From: Tubulanus polymorphus
Lineage: Eukaryota; Animalia; Nemertea
Assembly (NCBI RefSeq): GCF_964204645.1
Contig: NC_134031.1
Span: 14,991,807-15,055,806, forward strand
Direction: 5' to 3'
DNA length: 64,000 bases
A model generated the notes under the pieces. The model was not told where the DNA came from, made no database searches, and saw only the letters and a list, made by a program, of their open reading frames with translations. Both the position numbers and the translations under genes were made by a program. Shown piece by piece: positions 63,301-64,000 of this stretch; within the stretch, counting starts at the first letter, position 1, and every line of letters starts with the position of its first letter.

Positions 63301-63996
63301 CTGTCTACTTTAGATCAGAGGCAACCTCCACAGTCTACTGTAGTTCAGAGGCAACTGCCACTGTCGACTGTAGATCAGAGGTAACCGCCACAGCCACAGT
63401 CTACTTACAAATATGGTGACACTGAATGTTTATGTATTTGAACAGATTGTAGGAAGCGATAATCTACCGGTGATTGTACGCCCGAATGGTCCGCTACGAG
63501 CGACGCCCGAAGAGAGGAAAGAATTCTCCGAGATTTTCGACGCATCAAGTGACGAGGACGGCGACGATGAAACTAGATTCTTACTGAAATCTGAACGACC
63601 CACAACTAAAAAACATAAAACACTCACCAATAGCGACAGTGACGGTGATGCTGACAGTTACAGGTATTCATTATTTGCACATTAATTGACCAAGGGACGT
63701 TTTGATGGTCAGAGCCGTCTGGTGGATCCACACTTGCCGCAGTTGTAATTTGTTTATTTTTTTTCAGTGATTTCGACGAAGGCGATTTGGATCAACTGGC
63801 TGGTTCAGCTAGTGAAGAGGAAGGTAGTAGTGGTGGTGAGGAGGAAGGAAGTGGTGATGAAGAGGAAGAACTTAGTGATAACGATGATGATGATGATGAA
63901 AGTGAAGATGAAATGTCCGATATTCCTGAAATGGAAGATGTAGTTGAAGATTTTCAATTCACAGATGATGATGATTCTTCGTGTTTGAAAAAATAA
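51353..63996 (+). CDS. NOC2L: Nucleolar complex protein 2 homolog
   Basis: Tentative first exon 51353-51375, then 53220-53420, 54112-54355, 54938-55075, 55530-55659, 56295-56464, 57207-57317, 57405-57518, 58569-58757, 60262-60401, 61434-61545, 61625-61738, 61947-62048, 62756-63013, 63446-63663, 63768-63996. Motifs [68 protein letters not shown]. Confidence 0.93.
54466..54627. mobile_element. pogo/Tigger-like MITE, second copy
   Basis: TAGTGGAGCCTCGTTACAACGAA ... TTCGCTGTAACAAGGTTCCGCTG; inverted relative of 12077-12229. Confidence 0.65.
56468..56755. mobile_element. piggyBac-type MITE, copy 5 (reverse orientation), at a NOC2L donor site
   Basis: TTAACCCCTTCAGTGC ... GCATTGAAAGGGATAA; the TTAA is intron positions +4 to +7. 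Confidence 0.83.
59029..59093 (+). ncRNA. mir-184: miR-184-family pre-miRNA 1 (3p UGGACGGAAGAUUGAUAAGGGC, 59072-59093)
   Basis: 5p arm CCTTGTCATTTTTCCATCGAGC pairs with the 3p arm leaving 2-nt 3' overhangs; seed GGACGGA identical to miR-184 (UGGACGGAGAACUGAUAAGGG). Confidence 0.85.
59164..59226 (+). ncRNA. mir-184: miR-184-family pre-miRNA 2 (3p AGGACGGAAGACUGAUAAGGGU, 59205-59226)
   Basis: 5p arm CCTTGTCACTTTTTCGTCGTGT; compensatory U-A pair at mature position 1. Confidence 0.83.
59287..59347 (+). ncRNA. mir-184: miR-184-family pre-miRNA 3 (3p UGGACGGAAAACUGAUAAGGGC, 59326-59347)
   Basis: One mismatch (position 9) to canonical miR-184; 5p arm CCTTATGACTTTTTCATCCCGC. Confidence 0.85.
59568..59624 (+). 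ncRNA. mir-184: miR-184-family pre-miRNA 4 (3p UGGACGGAAGUCUGAUAAGGUC, 59603-59624)
   Basis: 5p arm CCTTATCAACTTCTCGTCGAGT; basal stem GATCA/TGATT. Confidence 0.85.
59640..59850 (+). repeat. ~37-bp minisatellite (GACAGATGGACATGGCTGCAGTGGCTCCCTCTATACC) between hairpins 4 and 5
   Basis: About 5 degenerate copies; source of ORFs 59590..59814 and 59628..59894. Confidence 0.85.
59906..59962 (+). ncRNA. mir-184: miR-184-family pre-miRNA 5 (3p UGGACGGAAGUUUGAUAAGGGC, 59941-59962)
   Basis: 5p arm CCTTGTCAACTTCACGTCGAGT; loop nearly identical to hairpin 4. Confidence 0.85.
60022..60085 (+). ncRNA. mir-184: miR-184-family pre-miRNA 6 (3p UGGACGGAAAACUGAUAAGGGC, 60064-60085)
   Basis: 5p arm CCTTGTCACTTTTTCGTCGAGT; extended basal stem ATGGATTTCTGGT/GCTGGAGTTCAT. 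Confidence 0.87.
60960..61021 (+). ncRNA. mir-184: miR-184-family pre-miRNA 7 (3p UGGACGGAAGUUUGAUAAGGGC, 61000-61021), in the next NOC2L intron
   Basis: 5p arm CCTTATCAACTTCTCGTCGAGT with apical UGUG at the stem/loop junction; basal stem GGTTATTATG/CACAATAATC. Confidence 0.87.
62411..62691. mobile_element. piggyBac-type MITE, copy 6
   Basis: TTAA|CCCTTTCAGTGC ... GCACTGAAAGGG|TTTA. Confidence 0.85.
63248..63405 (+). repeat. ~29-bp tandem repeat (TAGATCAGAGGCAACCTCCACAGTCTACTG)
   Basis: About 5 copies in a late NOC2L intron. Confidence 0.85.
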
Positions 63997-64000
63997 ACAG

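Overview
AT-rich, intron-rich eukaryotic genomic DNA from a bilaterian invertebrate (lineage not determinable from this window). Seven spliced genes can be reconstructed by hand from GT-AG junctions and reading frame: the 3' part of LPCAT3 (+), SLC33A1 (-), CYB5D1 (+), an uncharacterised asteroid/FAM120-like PIN-domain gene (-), a 34-coding-exon clade-B (type V/XI-like) fibrillar collagen (+), a ZNF800-like gene (-) and NOC2L (+). Introns and intergenic DNA carry many MITEs (piggyBac-, Harbinger-, pogo- and P/hAT-like), tRNA-derived SINEs, a decayed RTE-like LINE and many minisatellites. The strongest signal not explained by the ORF track is an array of seven divergent miR-184-family hairpins in two consecutive NOC2L introns (59029-61021): seed and 3' region invariant, positions 9-12 diversified, one compensatory base-pair change. 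The second is a 40-bp minisatellite made from the LPCAT3 splice acceptor, giving 18 upstream decoy 3' splice sites. No searches or folding programs were run; family assignments rest on recognised motifs, and repeat boundaries are approximate.
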